DNA from: Torpedo marmorata
Lineage: Eukaryota
Length of the DNA stretch: 64,000 nt
Direction: 5' to 3'
Assembly (NCBI GenBank): GCA_977017645.1
Contig: OZ360222.1
Span: 234,174,001-234,238,000, forward strand
A model generated the notes under the pieces. That model worked only from the letters and a program-made list of their open reading frames with translations, did not search any database and was not told the DNA's origin. Of the stretch, positions 12,135 to 24,584 are shown piece after piece. The position numbers and the translations under genes are program-made. How positions within the stretch are numbered: position 1 is the first letter of the stretch; each line of letters opens with the position of its first letter.

Positions 12135-12227
12135 GTCCCGGGCTGCATCACCTTCTCATAAAGGCCACAGATGCAGACATTCTAATTCTCAGAGCTCAGC
12201 CTCCAGGTCTTCCAGCTGCTTCAGCAG
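12135..12227 (+). CDS. SRRM4: SRRM4-like coding exon, 93 nt, phase 2/2: (R)SRAASPSHKGHRCRHSNSQSSASRSSSCFS(S); absent from the ORF track
   Basis: Acceptor ctttcgtctccctgtcaag, donor AG|gtaaat. Resembles human SRSRPRKSHRHRHHRCPSRSQSSESRPSSCES, and its phases link the flanking exons. Confidence 0.85.
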
Positions 12228-12966
12228 GTAAATCTCATTTTCAAGATTCAAAATTCTTATGTTGTCATGTAATAAAACAGAAAATGTAATATTACATTTC
12301 TTTGCTCATACGTCATGTTGCAGATCATTACTGTGACCAGGAGCTGACTAGCACTGACACTGGCAGCCCCACCCCCAATACAAACCAGTCAGTCTGCAGA
12401 TATTTAATCTTCAGATGCCAGTTAAGGAAACTAAGCCACAAAAGCTCAATGAAGTATGCAAAGTATAGATTTTTATCTCAGTGTGCAGGCTGCAAAACAT
12501 CATTAATATCATTATAAGCTCCACAGTATAATCTAATATTTCCGCAGTTCCTTACTCAGCTTTCCAGTGCTTGAATCAAATTGCTGTTAGAAAATCACAT
12601 TAAATTCTTTCCACCATCTGTCACCACCTCTAAAATGCCTACATTAGAATGCTTTAAGCCTTTCATAATCTCGGGCCGTTGTAGGCAGGCTTTCTGAGGA
12701 GGTTGAGAAGCAAAGATTCAGACAAGAAATTTGGAGGAATTGATGGCAATGTAGGGACAAGAGGTTATGAGGAAATTTAGTGAGGAAATAGGATTGCTGT
12801 GTGAGCTGACATGTACTTGATGGGCCGAATAGCCTGCTTCTATAACATAGAAAGATAAGAAAATGAATCTTAGAAGATCTGATTTATGACAAACTATCAG
12901 CTTCAGTTAAACATGAGGATTCCTTTTCAAACTGGATTCCTGCTGGAAGTGAGCATGATTTTTCCG

Positions 12967-13530
12967 GGGTGACAATAGAAAATACCAGAGGACATATGTT
13001 TAAGATGAGTGGAGGAAAGTTTAGGAGAGATGTCATAGGGAGTTTTTTTTTTTACACAGAGAGTGGCGGGTGCCACAGGTACTGGTGGAGGCTGGTACAA
13101 TAAAGATATTCAAAAGACTCTCAGATAGACACATGGATGTAAGAAAAATAGAGGGTTATGGGTGTGAGGTAGAGAAAAATTAGATTGTTGTAGAGTAGGT
13201 TCACCAGGTGTGGTAAACCACTATTGTACCAATGTATGTATTATGGGCTGGGGCAAGTCCGATCATGTCCTGTCTGTCTGTCCCGGTGACTCCTCCCCCT
13301 CTCCCCTGGAATAAAGGCCTTGAGCCACTGACTCCACCCACAGTTCCGGGACAGTCCAGCAGGGATCAACAGGTCAAAGTGTAGCTTAGCCCTGGCCTGA
13401 TTTCTGGTAATAAAAGCCTATTGATTTCCTGTACTTCTTGACTCGTGTAAGTCATTGATAGGTATATCACCAGGGTTGGCAGCACATCATGGGCTGAATG
13501 GCCTGTACTGTGTTGTAATGTTCTATTTCT
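12967..13530 (+). mobile_element. CR1-type LINE 3' fragment split by a solo LTR
   Basis: TRGH.FK...FTQRV-like coding trace and 3' UTR ATGGGCTGAATGGCCTGTACTGTG...TTCTAT tail. The sequence resumes after 13474. Confidence 0.7.
13209..13469 (+). mobile_element. Solo LTR (261 bp)
   Basis: TG...CA termini, perfect 5-bp TSD CCAGG (13204-13208 and 13470-13474), AATAAA motifs at about 13309 and 13409. Confidence 0.85.
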
Positions 13531-14235
13531 ATAATAGCACACTTGGCATCTAGTTGGGCATGGAGCATCATAGAGGAGTCACATGAGAGCTGATAGCTGA
13601 TGCTGGGACCTGAAGTGAAGAGCCTGAACCCTGAACCATTGTGTGACTGGTTAATCTGGGGCATAGAATCCTGGATCCCAGGGTTTTGTGTGTGTGTCGG
13701 AAGGAAAGGTTTATGTGAGGAAAGGAGGAGATGGCATCGGTTGGTAGAGGAGCTTGGAGGGGTGTGTATTTTGGGTGCACATTGTCTGCACGTTGTCCTG
13801 TAAAGAGACGGTCACTTTAAAGTCAAGCAGGGTGACAAAGGCTGCCACAACCCCTTAATTCGACCTCGTTTTGGAGATGATTTAACCAATGTCAGCAGGG
13901 ATAGTAAGAATGTTACAGGTTGGTTTCATCACCTCCAGTGGGGAAAAGAAGCTGACCTTTACTCAGTGGTAGCATCTCACCCAAGTCAAATGATCGTGAA
14001 CTCACTTCCTCTCAAGAGATTGAGACATTATCCAGATTAACAGTTAATTTGGTGACAAGGGAATGCTGTGCTGTCAGAGATGTTCCAGATTGGGGGGGAC
14101 GTCACGTGATGGCGTAGAGTCAGGACGTATAAACCCGACCCTCCTGGGACTGTTAAAAAAAGTTTAACTAAAAAACGTCTTTTTAAAATTTTAATTTCTT
14201 TAAAAGTAATACTAAAGTATCAAGGAAAAACAAGA

Positions 14236-15358
14236 ATGCCTCCAAAGAAAGAAAAAAACAACTAAAGACTTACCTAAAGTCCAACGAAAAGGGAAGACAT
14301 CGACTGCAAAAAGGCCTCGACGACAGGGAGCTGAAGTTCAAACGGAGCCCCAGGAAGAGGCTCTGTTGATGGGAACAGTTGCAGGCACCGATCCCTCCCA
14401 ACGGCAAAAACATGGCGCCGGTGAGGAAATCGGGCCTGAACCGCGCATGCGCGAAACTCCGCAACCTACTTCGGATACAACGACATCAGATCAGGGAGAC
14501 ACGAGTAGCTCCGATCTGGATGACGAGGGAGACCAGCTGGAGGCCGAAGAAGTACAACAACAACCACCGGAGGAATTACAACTAACATTTAAAGGTAAAT
14601 CACCAAGCAATGCAGCTTTATTAGCAGTATTAAAAGAACTAAAGGAAGACATGAAATATGTTAAAAAGGTGATTGATGACATGAAAGGCTTGAAGTTAAA
14701 AGTGAACAAGATTGAAAATAAAGTTAAGAAAATGGAAACAGAAGTGGAAACTACTGAAGGAAGAGTGGAGGCAATGGAAAATAATTACACTGTTTTAGAA
14801 ATGGAAAATAAGAAGCTTAAGCAACAAGTGGACATATTGGAAAATTTTAGTAGAAGAAACAACATAAAAATCGTTGGTCTTAAAGAAGGAGAGGAGGGAC
14901 AAGATATGATTGCATTTATGAAGGCTTGGATACCTGATGTGTTGGGTACAGATAAGTTTGAACATGAAATTGAAATTGAAAGAGCCCATAGGACTCTAAG
15001 AGCAAGACCATCACAAGATCAATACCCGCGTTCAATATTGGTCAAATTTCTACGATATCATGATAGAGAAAGAGTTCTGCAGTTGGCATTGGAGACGGCA
15101 AGACTGAGAGGAGGTCCCTTGATCTATAAAGCAGCTAAAGTTCTTTTTTACCCTGACATAAGTGCTGATTTGATGAAGAGGAGGAAAGAATTTAATCCAG
15201 TTAAAAAGACTTTGTGGGAGAAGGGATACAGATTTGTATTGCGACACCCAGCGACCTTGAAGATCTTCATACCAGACCAACAAAACAAATTCTTTACAGA
15301 CTATACTTTAGCAGAGGAATTTGCTAATGAGCTGCCGCTGATTAGGGATGAGCGCTGA
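14236..15358 (+). pseudogene. L1 ORF1 (coiled coil, RRM, CTD) with a +1 frameshift near the N-terminus
   Basis: Motifs LENFSRRNNIKIVGLKE, IERAHR, PRSILVKF, FYPDIS. ATG 14236 (MPPKKEK) joins the 14366 frame if one A is removed from the A7 run at 14252-14258. Confidence 0.88.
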
Positions 15359-15785
15359 AAAATGAATGTTTATTATATTGGTTAATGGAGTGATATATAT
15401 CAGTTTGTAACTTGGTAAAACTGATGATAAAAGAATGTCTATGCTAAAAATATTATACCAGGAGGGTTGGGGGGAGGAGGATGAGATCCTGACTTCTACT
15501 ACAATCATGTGTACTTTCGCGGCCAAGGTCGCGACCCGTAAAATAGAGGGGGGTAGCGCTGTATATATTAATAGCGCTAGTGGGGATGTAGTTAGATTAT
15601 GTTTTCTTTTTTGTAGAGAGGGGGGAATGTATTCATCAATTGTATATTTTTTTCTTTTTAACTGTGTTCATTGCTGGAAGGGACACATGTTGGCTCGATG
15701 TAGATTGAAGAAAGAAGTTGAAGAGAGTGAGATAGGGGTCTGGGATGGAAGAGGTAACATTAACAGGAATGAAATATAATTAAAA

Positions 15786-18700
15786 ATGAGTAATATATTG
15801 AAATTTTTGAATTTTAATATTAATGGGATAAATGGACCAATTAAGAGGAAAAGAGTTTTAGCATATATTAAAAAATTGGGTGTTGATGTGGCTTTTTTAC
15901 AAGAGACACATTTAACAGAGAAGGAACATCTGAAATTAAAAAGGGACTGGGTGGGGTATGTAATGGCTTCTTCATTTAACAGTAAGGCAAGGGGTGTGGC
16001 AATTTTAATAAAAAATAATCTTCCAATTAAGATACAAAATGTCGTGACAGATCCTGCAGGGAGATATGTAATGATCAATTGTCAGATATATTCCAAATTT
16101 TGGACTTTTTTGAATATATATGCTCCTAATACAGATGATGATAAATTTATTCAAGAGACCTTTCTTAATATAGCGGAAGCGCATGAAAATATTATAATAG
16201 GGGGAGATTTCAACTTTTGCTTAGATCTGGTTTTAGATAAATCTACAAGAGGAGTGAGGAGAACTAAAGCAGCAAAGGCTACGTTGGTATTAATGAATGA
16301 TCTAAACTTGATTGATGCCTGGAGGAGAATTCACCCTAGAGATAAAGATTTTTCATTTTATTCTACTAGACATGACTCCTATTCTAGAATTGATTTATTT
16401 TTAGTCTCAGCTCAAATGCAAGATAGAATTTTAGAAGCAGAATATAAAGCTAGAATTTTGTCTGACCATATTGATGACAGTGGTTACACCTGATAAAGAG
16501 AAATCGGTATACAGATGGAGACTAAATCCTTTATTATTAAAGAGAACAGATTTTTGTGACTTTATAAGGAGGCAAATTCAAATATTTTGTGAAACAAATT
16601 TAAATTCAGTGCCTGACAAATTTGTAATATGGGAAACGTTAAAAGTATTTTTAAGAGGTCAGATTATAAGTTATTCTTCAAAAATTAAAAAAGATTACAT
16701 GAAAGAAGTAGATAAATTAGAAAAAGAGATAACGATTTTAGAAAAAGATTTGCAAAAGAGGAGTTCTATAGATAAACATAGACAATTAACTAATAAAAAG
16801 TTACAGTATAATATGTTACAGACTTATAGAATGGAAAAAACTATTATAAGAACTAAGCAAAGATATTATGAGTTAGGTGAACGTGCACATAAAGTATTAG
16901 CATGGCAATTAAAAACGGAACAGGTATCAAGAACAATTAATGCAGTTAAAACTGAGACTGATGTTATTAGTTATAAACCTCAAACAATAAATGATTCTTC
17001 TAAAAAATTTTATTCTGATTTATATAAATCAGAATCTTTACAAGACGATAGTAAAATTGATGGTTACCTATCGCAGATAAATTTACCAAGATTAAATACA
17101 CAAGAGCGATTAGAACTAAGTACACAGTTTACGTAGAGGGAAGTAAAGGATGCAATTAGCTCATTACAAAGTAATAAAGCACCGGGAGAGGATGGTTTTC
17201 CACCAGAGTTTTATAAAGAATTCAAGGAATTATTAATTCCTATTTTTATGGATATGTTACAGCAAGCTTCAGTGACCCACACACTTCCGGAATCTTTTTC
17301 CACTGCAATAATTACAGTAATACCAAAAAAAGATAGATATCCATTGAAACCCTCATCATTATTGAACGCAAATTATAAGATTGTGGTAAAAATCTTGGCA
17401 AATAGGATAACAAAATTTTTGCCAAAATTAGTAAATATGGATCAAACAGGTTTTATAAAAAAAAGACAAGCAGCTGACAATGTAGCAAGGTTACTTAGTA
17501 TTATGCATTTAGCCCAAAAAAGGAAAATGCCAAGTATAGCAGTGGCATTAGATGCAGAGAAAGCTTTTGACAGGTTGGAATGGGACTTTTTATTCAAAGT
17601 TTTGGAGAAATTTGGATTTGGGAAGACTTATATAGATTGGATTAAAGCATTATATAATGCTCCAAAAGCTAAAGTAGTGACCAATGGACAAATATCAACT
17701 TCGTTTTGTTTAACAAGATCTAGTCGGCAAGGGTGCCCATTGTCACCAGCTTTATTTGTATTAGCTATAGAACCGTTAGCAGAGGCTATTAGAAGTGATT
17801 TGGCAATTAAGGGATTTATAGTTGGTCAAGAGCAACATAAAATTAATTTATTTGCGGATGATGTTTTAATATACTTGACAGAGCCTGAGACTTCTTTGCA
17901 AAGACTACATTTCAAGCTGGAGGAATATGGAAAAGTCTCTGGTTATAAGATAAATTGGGATAAAAGTGAAGTTATGCCTCTTACAGAGGGAGACTATACT
18001 GTATGTAAAAGAACTACTCAGTTTAAATGGCCACATAATGGAATAAAATATCTTGGGGTTCGGACAGATAATAAATTAAAAAATTTATATAAATGGAACT
18101 ATGTACCATTACTTAACAAGATTAAGGAGGATTTAGAAAAGTGGATTAATTTACCAATTACACTGATAGGAAGAGTTAATTGTATCAAAATGAATATATT
18201 TCCAAGGATACAGTATTTGTATCAGACTATACCTATTTTATTACCACAGGTTTTCTTTCAGGATTTAAATAAACAAGTGCGAAAATTTTTATGGAAAGGT
18301 AAAATGTCAAGAGTTTCAATGGAACGTTTAACATGGAAATATGAATTGTGGGGTTTGCAACTCCCTAATTTTAAGAATTATTATCGAGCGGCACAAATGC
18401 GATTTGTTGCTTCTTTTTTTGAAACTGAAGAAAGACCTGCGTGGGTTGGAATAGAACTAGGAGAAATAGGAGAAAAGATGATACAAGAATTTATATACAA
18501 ATGGAATTCAAAACTACTGACAGGTGTTAAAGAAACGCCGTTTTTAAAACATTTGATTAATGCTTGGAATAAAGTTAATGATGACATAGGGTTGAAAGGA
18601 AGTATATCACCCAAAATGCCTTTGATACAGAATAATCTTATACCATTTACAAAAGATAATCCATTTTTAAATACTTGGTCATTAAAAGGAATAAAGAAGA

Positions 18701-19540
18701 TAAAAGATTGTTACGAAGGAAATCAAATGATGTCATTTATACAATTACGGAATAAATATGGAATACCTAATAATACTCTTTTTTGTTATTTTCAATTAGG
18801 AGGTTATTTAAGAGAAAAATTAGGTCCAGACTTGTTGTTACATGATTGTAGTGAGGTAGAAACTCTTATTAGGAAAGGAAATACTAAGAAATTTACTTCT
18901 ATAGTATATTCTTTGCTACAAAGGGGAGCTTTAAAACGAGGACTTCATAAATCTAGACAAAGATGGGAACAAGATCTTAATGTTATAATTGATGAAAAAA
19001 GGTGGTCAGACCTATGTTTAGATAGTATGACTAATACTGTTAATGTAAGATATAGATTGGTACAATATAACTTTTTACATCAATTATATCTTACACCACA
19101 AAAATTGAATGATAAACTATACGATATCAAATAGATGCTTTAGATGTGGTGAAGAAGAGGGAACCTTTTTACACTCAACGTGGTCATGTTCAAAGGTTAA
19201 AGGTTTTTGGATAGAGTTAGGAAATCGGTTAAAACAAATTACAGGTGTTACATTTCCACAGAATCCTGACTTATTCTTATTGGGAAACGTGGAAGGAACT
19301 AGACCAAAATTGAAGTTATCTACATGGCAATTGAAATTTGTAAAAATTGCATTAGCAGTAGCAAGGAAATGTATAGCAGTAACTTGGAAATCAGATACAA
19401 ATTTAAGTATGGATAGATGGAACTCAGAGATGCAGAGTTGTATTCCATTGGAAAGAATAACATATAATATGAGGAATAAATATGGGGTATTTTTGCAAAT
19501 TTGGCGTCCATTTATCCAATTATTAGGAATGAATATTTAA
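15786..19540 (+). pseudogene. L1 ORF2 (APE endonuclease, RT, CCHC), broken into four pieces
   Basis: EN motifs NINGIN, LQETH, NIYAPN, GGDFN, SRIDLF, SDH. RT motifs DAEKAFD, RQGCPLSP, FADD. C-terminal CFRC...HSTWSC. Frameshift at about 16470, in-frame TAG at 17134-17136, frameshift at about 19110-19125. Confidence 0.95.
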
Positions 19541-20554
19541 ATGTGTTGCCCTACATCCTAGACCCTGCTGACTCTCTTAAATTTAAATTTAAAGAACGAA
19601 CATTGTTGAATATCTTGCACCGAGCCGTGGACCTGTACAGATATTTTTCTTCCTCTCTCTTTCTTTTCTTATTTTTAGTAAGGGGAGGGAATAAGGGATG
19701 GGAAGGGTGGAGGGTGGGTTGTTCTAGTGAGGGTGGGTTTAGATGGGGTTAGAATCACGGTAATACGAATTTTGTATGTATTGAATTTATTAATGTTTAT
19801 TATGTACCTTGTACTATTTTGTATTATTGTGAAAAATTTGAAAATTTAAAATAAAATATTTAAAAAAAAGAGATGTTCCAGATTGACAGAGTTAATCCAG
19901 ACTGACAGTGTAGTGACTAGAGAGTTCTGCAGTATCGGAGATATTATCTATCAGGGGAGACACTAAACAAGACGTAGGGTGCCTTTGCAAGTGGATAGAG
20001 AAGATTTCCTTGTGCTAGATATGGCCAGCTACTTATTCCTCAATCAACTTCATTAAAAATAAAAATCATTTGCACTTTCTCTCCTTGCTCCTGATAGAAT
20101 TAGGCAGTATGCAAATTAGCTGTCACATTTCTGACATTACAGCTTCAAATATATTTTGTAGCATAATGCTTTGGGATTGTCCGGGAATCATTAAGGAATC
20201 TTTCTTGATTATTATCCAATGGTTCATGGGTTAGATATTGTCTAAGGAAAGGACCAGGCCTTGTTGTGCTGGTGCTGTGCTCAATTTACCTATTGCTGCT
20301 GTCAGACTAATGGTGAAAGATGTCTTGATAAGTTAATAGCAAGGAGGCAACTCTGTACCATGGCATAACTCAGCGCTTTCAAGGATAGAGAGGACAAGAT
20401 TACAGAGGAAAAAAAATGATGTCACTCACTGATTTCCCTCCTAAATCCTCAGTTAGCACTTCACAGGTACGGTGAAGCAGCAACTGTCAAGGGAATGGAA
20501 AACTAACCCTGAGCTCTCAGAAAAATGATATTAGGCAAGTGCATAAGACGCTGT

Positions 20555-20725
20555 GATTGTTGTAAAAACACAAAAATGCTGGAGGAACTCAGCAGATCTC
20601 GTGGGCCATATGAGGCAAAGATATATAACCAATGCTTTGAAGGGCTCAGGCCTGAAATGTTGGTTACATAACTTTACCTCCAATGGATGCTGTGAGACCT
20701 GCAGTATTTTTGTATTTTGTGGATG
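20555..20725. repeat. Miniature palindromic Penelope-derived element
   Basis: AAAACACAAAAATGCTGGAGGAACTCAGCAG on the left and the complementary CTGCAGTATTTTTGTATTTT on the right, with central TTGAAGGGCTCAGGCCTGAAATGT. Confidence 0.6.
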
Positions 20726-20963
20726 CTTAGTTTAAGGTATCCATTAAATAAACTAAATTGTGCTAACGTGTTGAGTTTAATTTTAATTCTACTGCCATAC
20801 ACAATGAATTAAAATCAATTGTTTGGCTTAGTTGAATGACAATTCTGTGTTACTTCAATTCTGAAATTATGTTGTTGGTTCTTACAAAAAGTGGGCATAT
20901 TAGAGGAGTGAAGTGTACTATTTATTAGAGATATTGTTATCTACGAAATCCAGTTTGAGTGGG

Positions 20964-21618
20964 TGTCATGTTGGGAAGAGTATCAGGTTCGGTGGGTTCA
21001 CAGAGAGACGAGTCTGGACACAAGTGTTAGAATCACACGTAACTTTTATTAACACACAGGAAACAAACAGGGGAGAACGTTAAACGGTACTCGATCACTA
21101 TTTCACTTAAGCGACGATATAGACATTCACCTCAGACTTCGGTTGGATTCCGACAACGGTAAACCTATACTCGACTCGCTCACACACTACAAACAGGGAC
21201 ACTTACACACACCCGGTTCCCTGACCAATGGGGTTGTGGCTCCCTGCAAGTATTGATCTATCACAATACTACGGCTCAGCTTCAGTGTAGTGCACACCTT
21301 ACCCGCGACACTTCCAGCGATGTCCACAGTAGCGACCTGGCGTGGAGCGATGTCCAGGGCTTGGACCACGAGGCAGAGAGAAAGAATGTGCTATGCATCG
21401 ATGTTTTATACAGTTCTGATCTGGGCATCTAGCCAATAATGACCCTAGGTGATTTAAATTAGGCAATGGCAAGGTGTGCACTAATGGGTGGCCGGAGTCC
21501 AACCTTGATTGACAGGTGATGTGACTTCCGATAAGTTTCAAATGGGGAGGACACATGACCACCCGCAATACACACATTACAGACAGGCAGGGAGGCCACG
21601 TTTCCTCCACACACAACA
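20964..21618 (-). repeat. 3' LTR (655 bp)
   Basis: TG...CA termini, adjacent to the PPT, - strand TATAAA at about 21405 and AATAAA at about 21045-21050. Confidence 0.92.
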
Positions 21619-23135
21619 TTCCACCCCTCGGAAGTCACATCACTCTGCAATCACTATGAAGACAATCAATAACTCTATGTACATGTTATAACTATATAAA
21701 AAAAAGAAGAGAAAAAAAACAAAAAGGCATGTTAAAATAAAAACGATATCAATCAATAGATCAATATATACACAAGTGCCTTCTGTATGCTGGACAAGGC
21801 ACATAATCAAATTCAATGACAACACCTCACCAGCTACCACCCCCCCGCCCCTCCCCCCCTCCCCCCAGCCAAACAGGGTCGCTGTGTTTCTGATGGAGCA
21901 GGGTGCTGTGGGAGCTGCTCCCCAGTGTCAGAGGGGAGGGTAGAGAAAGAAATTTGTTTGGTCACCAACTCACGTGCCTGGTTTCTCCGGCTTGGCTGGC
22001 AAATGTGAGCACCCTTACCTCCAACGTCTGCGAGCAGGCAGTGCAAGGTCATCCATCAGGTGCCAGAGCCCTCTCTTGGCTTGCGCATCCCGCACCTTGG
22101 CCTCACGCTTGGGCGCTCCCTAAGCACAGCGCCCAGATGCCCTTCGCCGTGCTATCCCATGGTGAGGCAGGGGGCAGGCTGGCAGGCATACATTCAGGGT
22201 GTACCCGGAGAGCCCCGTTTTTCTGGGCTGTCGTCCGACACCAGGATGCCGTTCCTGCTCGTGTTCTCTTTAAACGGGTTCCACAAGTGCCTGTGTTGGA
22301 TCCTTGTAACGAGAGCCAGGAGGAGTCGGGACTGAAAGTTAGCCAATTTGTGATTTTAAGTAAAAGCTCTTGAAGCCCCCACCCCATGAGGCATTTGTTT
22401 CTGTTAATGGGAGGGCTGGGGCGATGCTGTCATTGTCAAGTGAAACAAAATATATACAATGTTTATTACTATTGTTTGATCAATGACACTCTACTTATTA
22501 ACTGTAACTTTGAATCTGTGACACTACGTATAAATTGTAACTGAGTCTGTGACACTCTACTTATAAATTATAACTTCAATTCCCTGAGTGTGCTTAGTAA
22601 AAACATCATTACTACAGCTCAGGGTGATTAAAAAGGAGAAAAACAACACAAAAGGTCCATTACAAAGTCTGTGCCCATAATGCGAATAACAATAGATGCA
22701 ATTGAATGTCCAATGCTGAGGTTTAGGTTTCCATGGCAACAGCTCTTGCCCGTCTTGCTGAGAGCTCTTTGCATAATAAGTGACAGGTGTTTCTTGCTGA
22801 TTGCTGCTGTAGTGACTGAAATCAGTGATGGGATCGCAGCAATCTGTTTTGATGAGCGTTTCGTAGACCCTCACATTGAGAAGAGGAACAGCTTGAAGGG
22901 TCGTCTTCTCCTGTGGGGGGTGAGTGTTTGGGAGAGCTCACAAGATAGATTAGTCAGGGGCCACCTCCGGTGGGGGAGGACCAGAGGGGAGGCTGGTCCA
23001 GGTCGGAGTGGGCAGCACATGGGAAACTCCACCCCCACGGAGCTTCCCGCTGCAATGCTCTCTCCAGAGAGCACACATATCTCCATAAGTCACCGGCAGG
23101 GTGACGTTGCCGAACTTCCCCTCAGCCCTGAAAAC

Positions 23136-24499
23136 TCAAGCAGGAATTCTCCGCTCCGTGTACTCCGATCCCTCCAGGAGGATAATGGCTTCCCAGACCA
23201 CCTTCCTGGTTACCAGTCCCATGAGGGGCAAGACAACACCTCCAAGGTTGAGGCATGCAGTGGTGACTAAATAGCCCACCAAGGCACCAGTCACCTTCGT
23301 GCTCCCTGAGAGGTGGTGCTCGCAGGTGCCCCCGTAGAGACCCACGATGAGTGCCCGCTCCCTAACACCCTGCGTCCCAATGCCAATGGTGTGACACTGT
23401 GGCCGGCTGTGTTGGCCCCATTCTAGGAGAGCAGGGAACCTGGCCCGGACCGCAGTCACCACCCATTCCCATAGGGTGGTGCCATCATCGACCCCTTCTG
23501 GCGGCGCTCACAAGGCATTGCCAGTCGTCTGTTGGTCAGACAGACCACCCAGGGCGCTCGCTTCCCAATGAGAGAAAAGGGAATTGGGAGCCCCCTCGTC
23601 TCCCAACTGAAGCAGCGGTATGGTTAGGTGTTCAGTTAGCCACTTAGCAGAGTAGTCCTGGGACTCCATTATCTCACAGTGACCACCTACATTCCCACCC
23701 GAGGTCCCCCCATTTTCGGCTACCTCCTCCTCTTGGAGGGTTGGCGGGGTGCCCTCGTGGTAGACCTGGGACCGCGTGCTCAGTGGTCAGGCTTGTAAAG
23801 GCTCGGCATACAGGGAGGAGGAAGTGTGTCGTGGGACTCAGTTTCCTCATGGTTATCACCATCCATCCACACATACCCATCCCCCAAACACATGTTGGTC
23901 CCCTCCCCCCGCTGGACTTTGGCTCAGATGTTACCTGAGTCAAGCTGCGAGCCAGATCAGCGAGCTGCTTGCAACTGCTGTGTTTCAATCAGCTTGGAAG
24001 CTGCCTCCATGACTTTAATTTCTAAGTTGGTCGCTTGCCCTTGGGCAATCTACACTGCCTCTTGCAGTTCACAACAGTCATGTTGCAGGGATTCTATCTC
24101 CCTATCTTTCTTGGTGCCCTGACTACTTATCTCGGACGTGATACCCCACTGGCACCTAAGCAGGGATATCAGTAACCATAGGGCTCCCCCACAACTCCCC
24201 CCGGCGTCGGTAAACCCCAGTAACTCCAGGTGGGAGACTACATGGTGCCCTATCTTCTCTCCGTGGGGGTCCAACCTGTCGACCGAATCGACTGGCATGG
24301 CGTGGCTTGCCAGCCACGCCGCCAAATGGCTGAACACCTGATGGTCATCGGTCCAACCGGGGATTTTATAATCCGACCCCAGGGTCCCTTCCCTATTTGT
24401 GGGTCGCCTCCTGCTGCCCCCGTTGGTGAGCAGGTACACAATCACACATGCACCCGACAGGACACCCACATACACACTTGTTAATACGATCTCCCACAT
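23136..24499 (-). pseudogene. Degraded gag (matrix-like region, coiled coil, capsid-like region)
   Basis: IPGW...HLAAWL...GALWLLISLLR, then a coiled coil, then LLQLGDEGAPNSLFSHWEASALGGL...TLWEWVVTAVRARFP...CHTIGIGTQGVRERALIVGLY in one frame with a TGA at about 23508-23510. Resembles recalled ERV-S/ERV-L Gag motifs. Confidence 0.65.
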
Positions 24500-24562
24500 T
24501 GTTAGTACGATCTTCCACTCCCACGTGGTTAAGACTCCACGTGTGTCCAGCCGGAACTCTTT

Positions 24563-24582
24563 GAACCCTGCTCGCAGCGCCA
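24563..24582 (-). promoter_or_regulatory. Primer-binding site complementary to the tRNA-Ser 3' end
   Basis: + strand GAACCCTGCTCGCAGCGCCA closely matches recalled vertebrate tRNA-Ser(TGA/CGA) 3' ends (...GAACCCTGCTCGCTGCG-CCA) and lies 2 nt from the LTR. Confidence 0.75.
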
Positions 24583-24584
24583 AT

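Larger units (their letters stand above)
14093..19868 (+). mobile_element. Full-length L1-clade LINE (about 5.8 kb), inactivated
   Basis: G-rich 5' end, ORF1, ORF2, 3' UTR with AATAAA and a short poly(A). 17-bp TSD AGAGATGTTCCAGATTG (14076-14092 and 19869-19885). Confidence 0.96.

Noticed and set aside
15435-15779. 114-aa ORF between L1 ORF1 and ORF2 as a third L1 gene
   Set aside because: Low-complexity spacer composition and no recognisable domain; a family consensus would be needed to support it.
22671-23270. 199-aa + strand ORF inside the provirus
   Set aside because: Antisense to the element, GTG start, no recognisable motifs; probably a chance ORF in GC-rich sequence.
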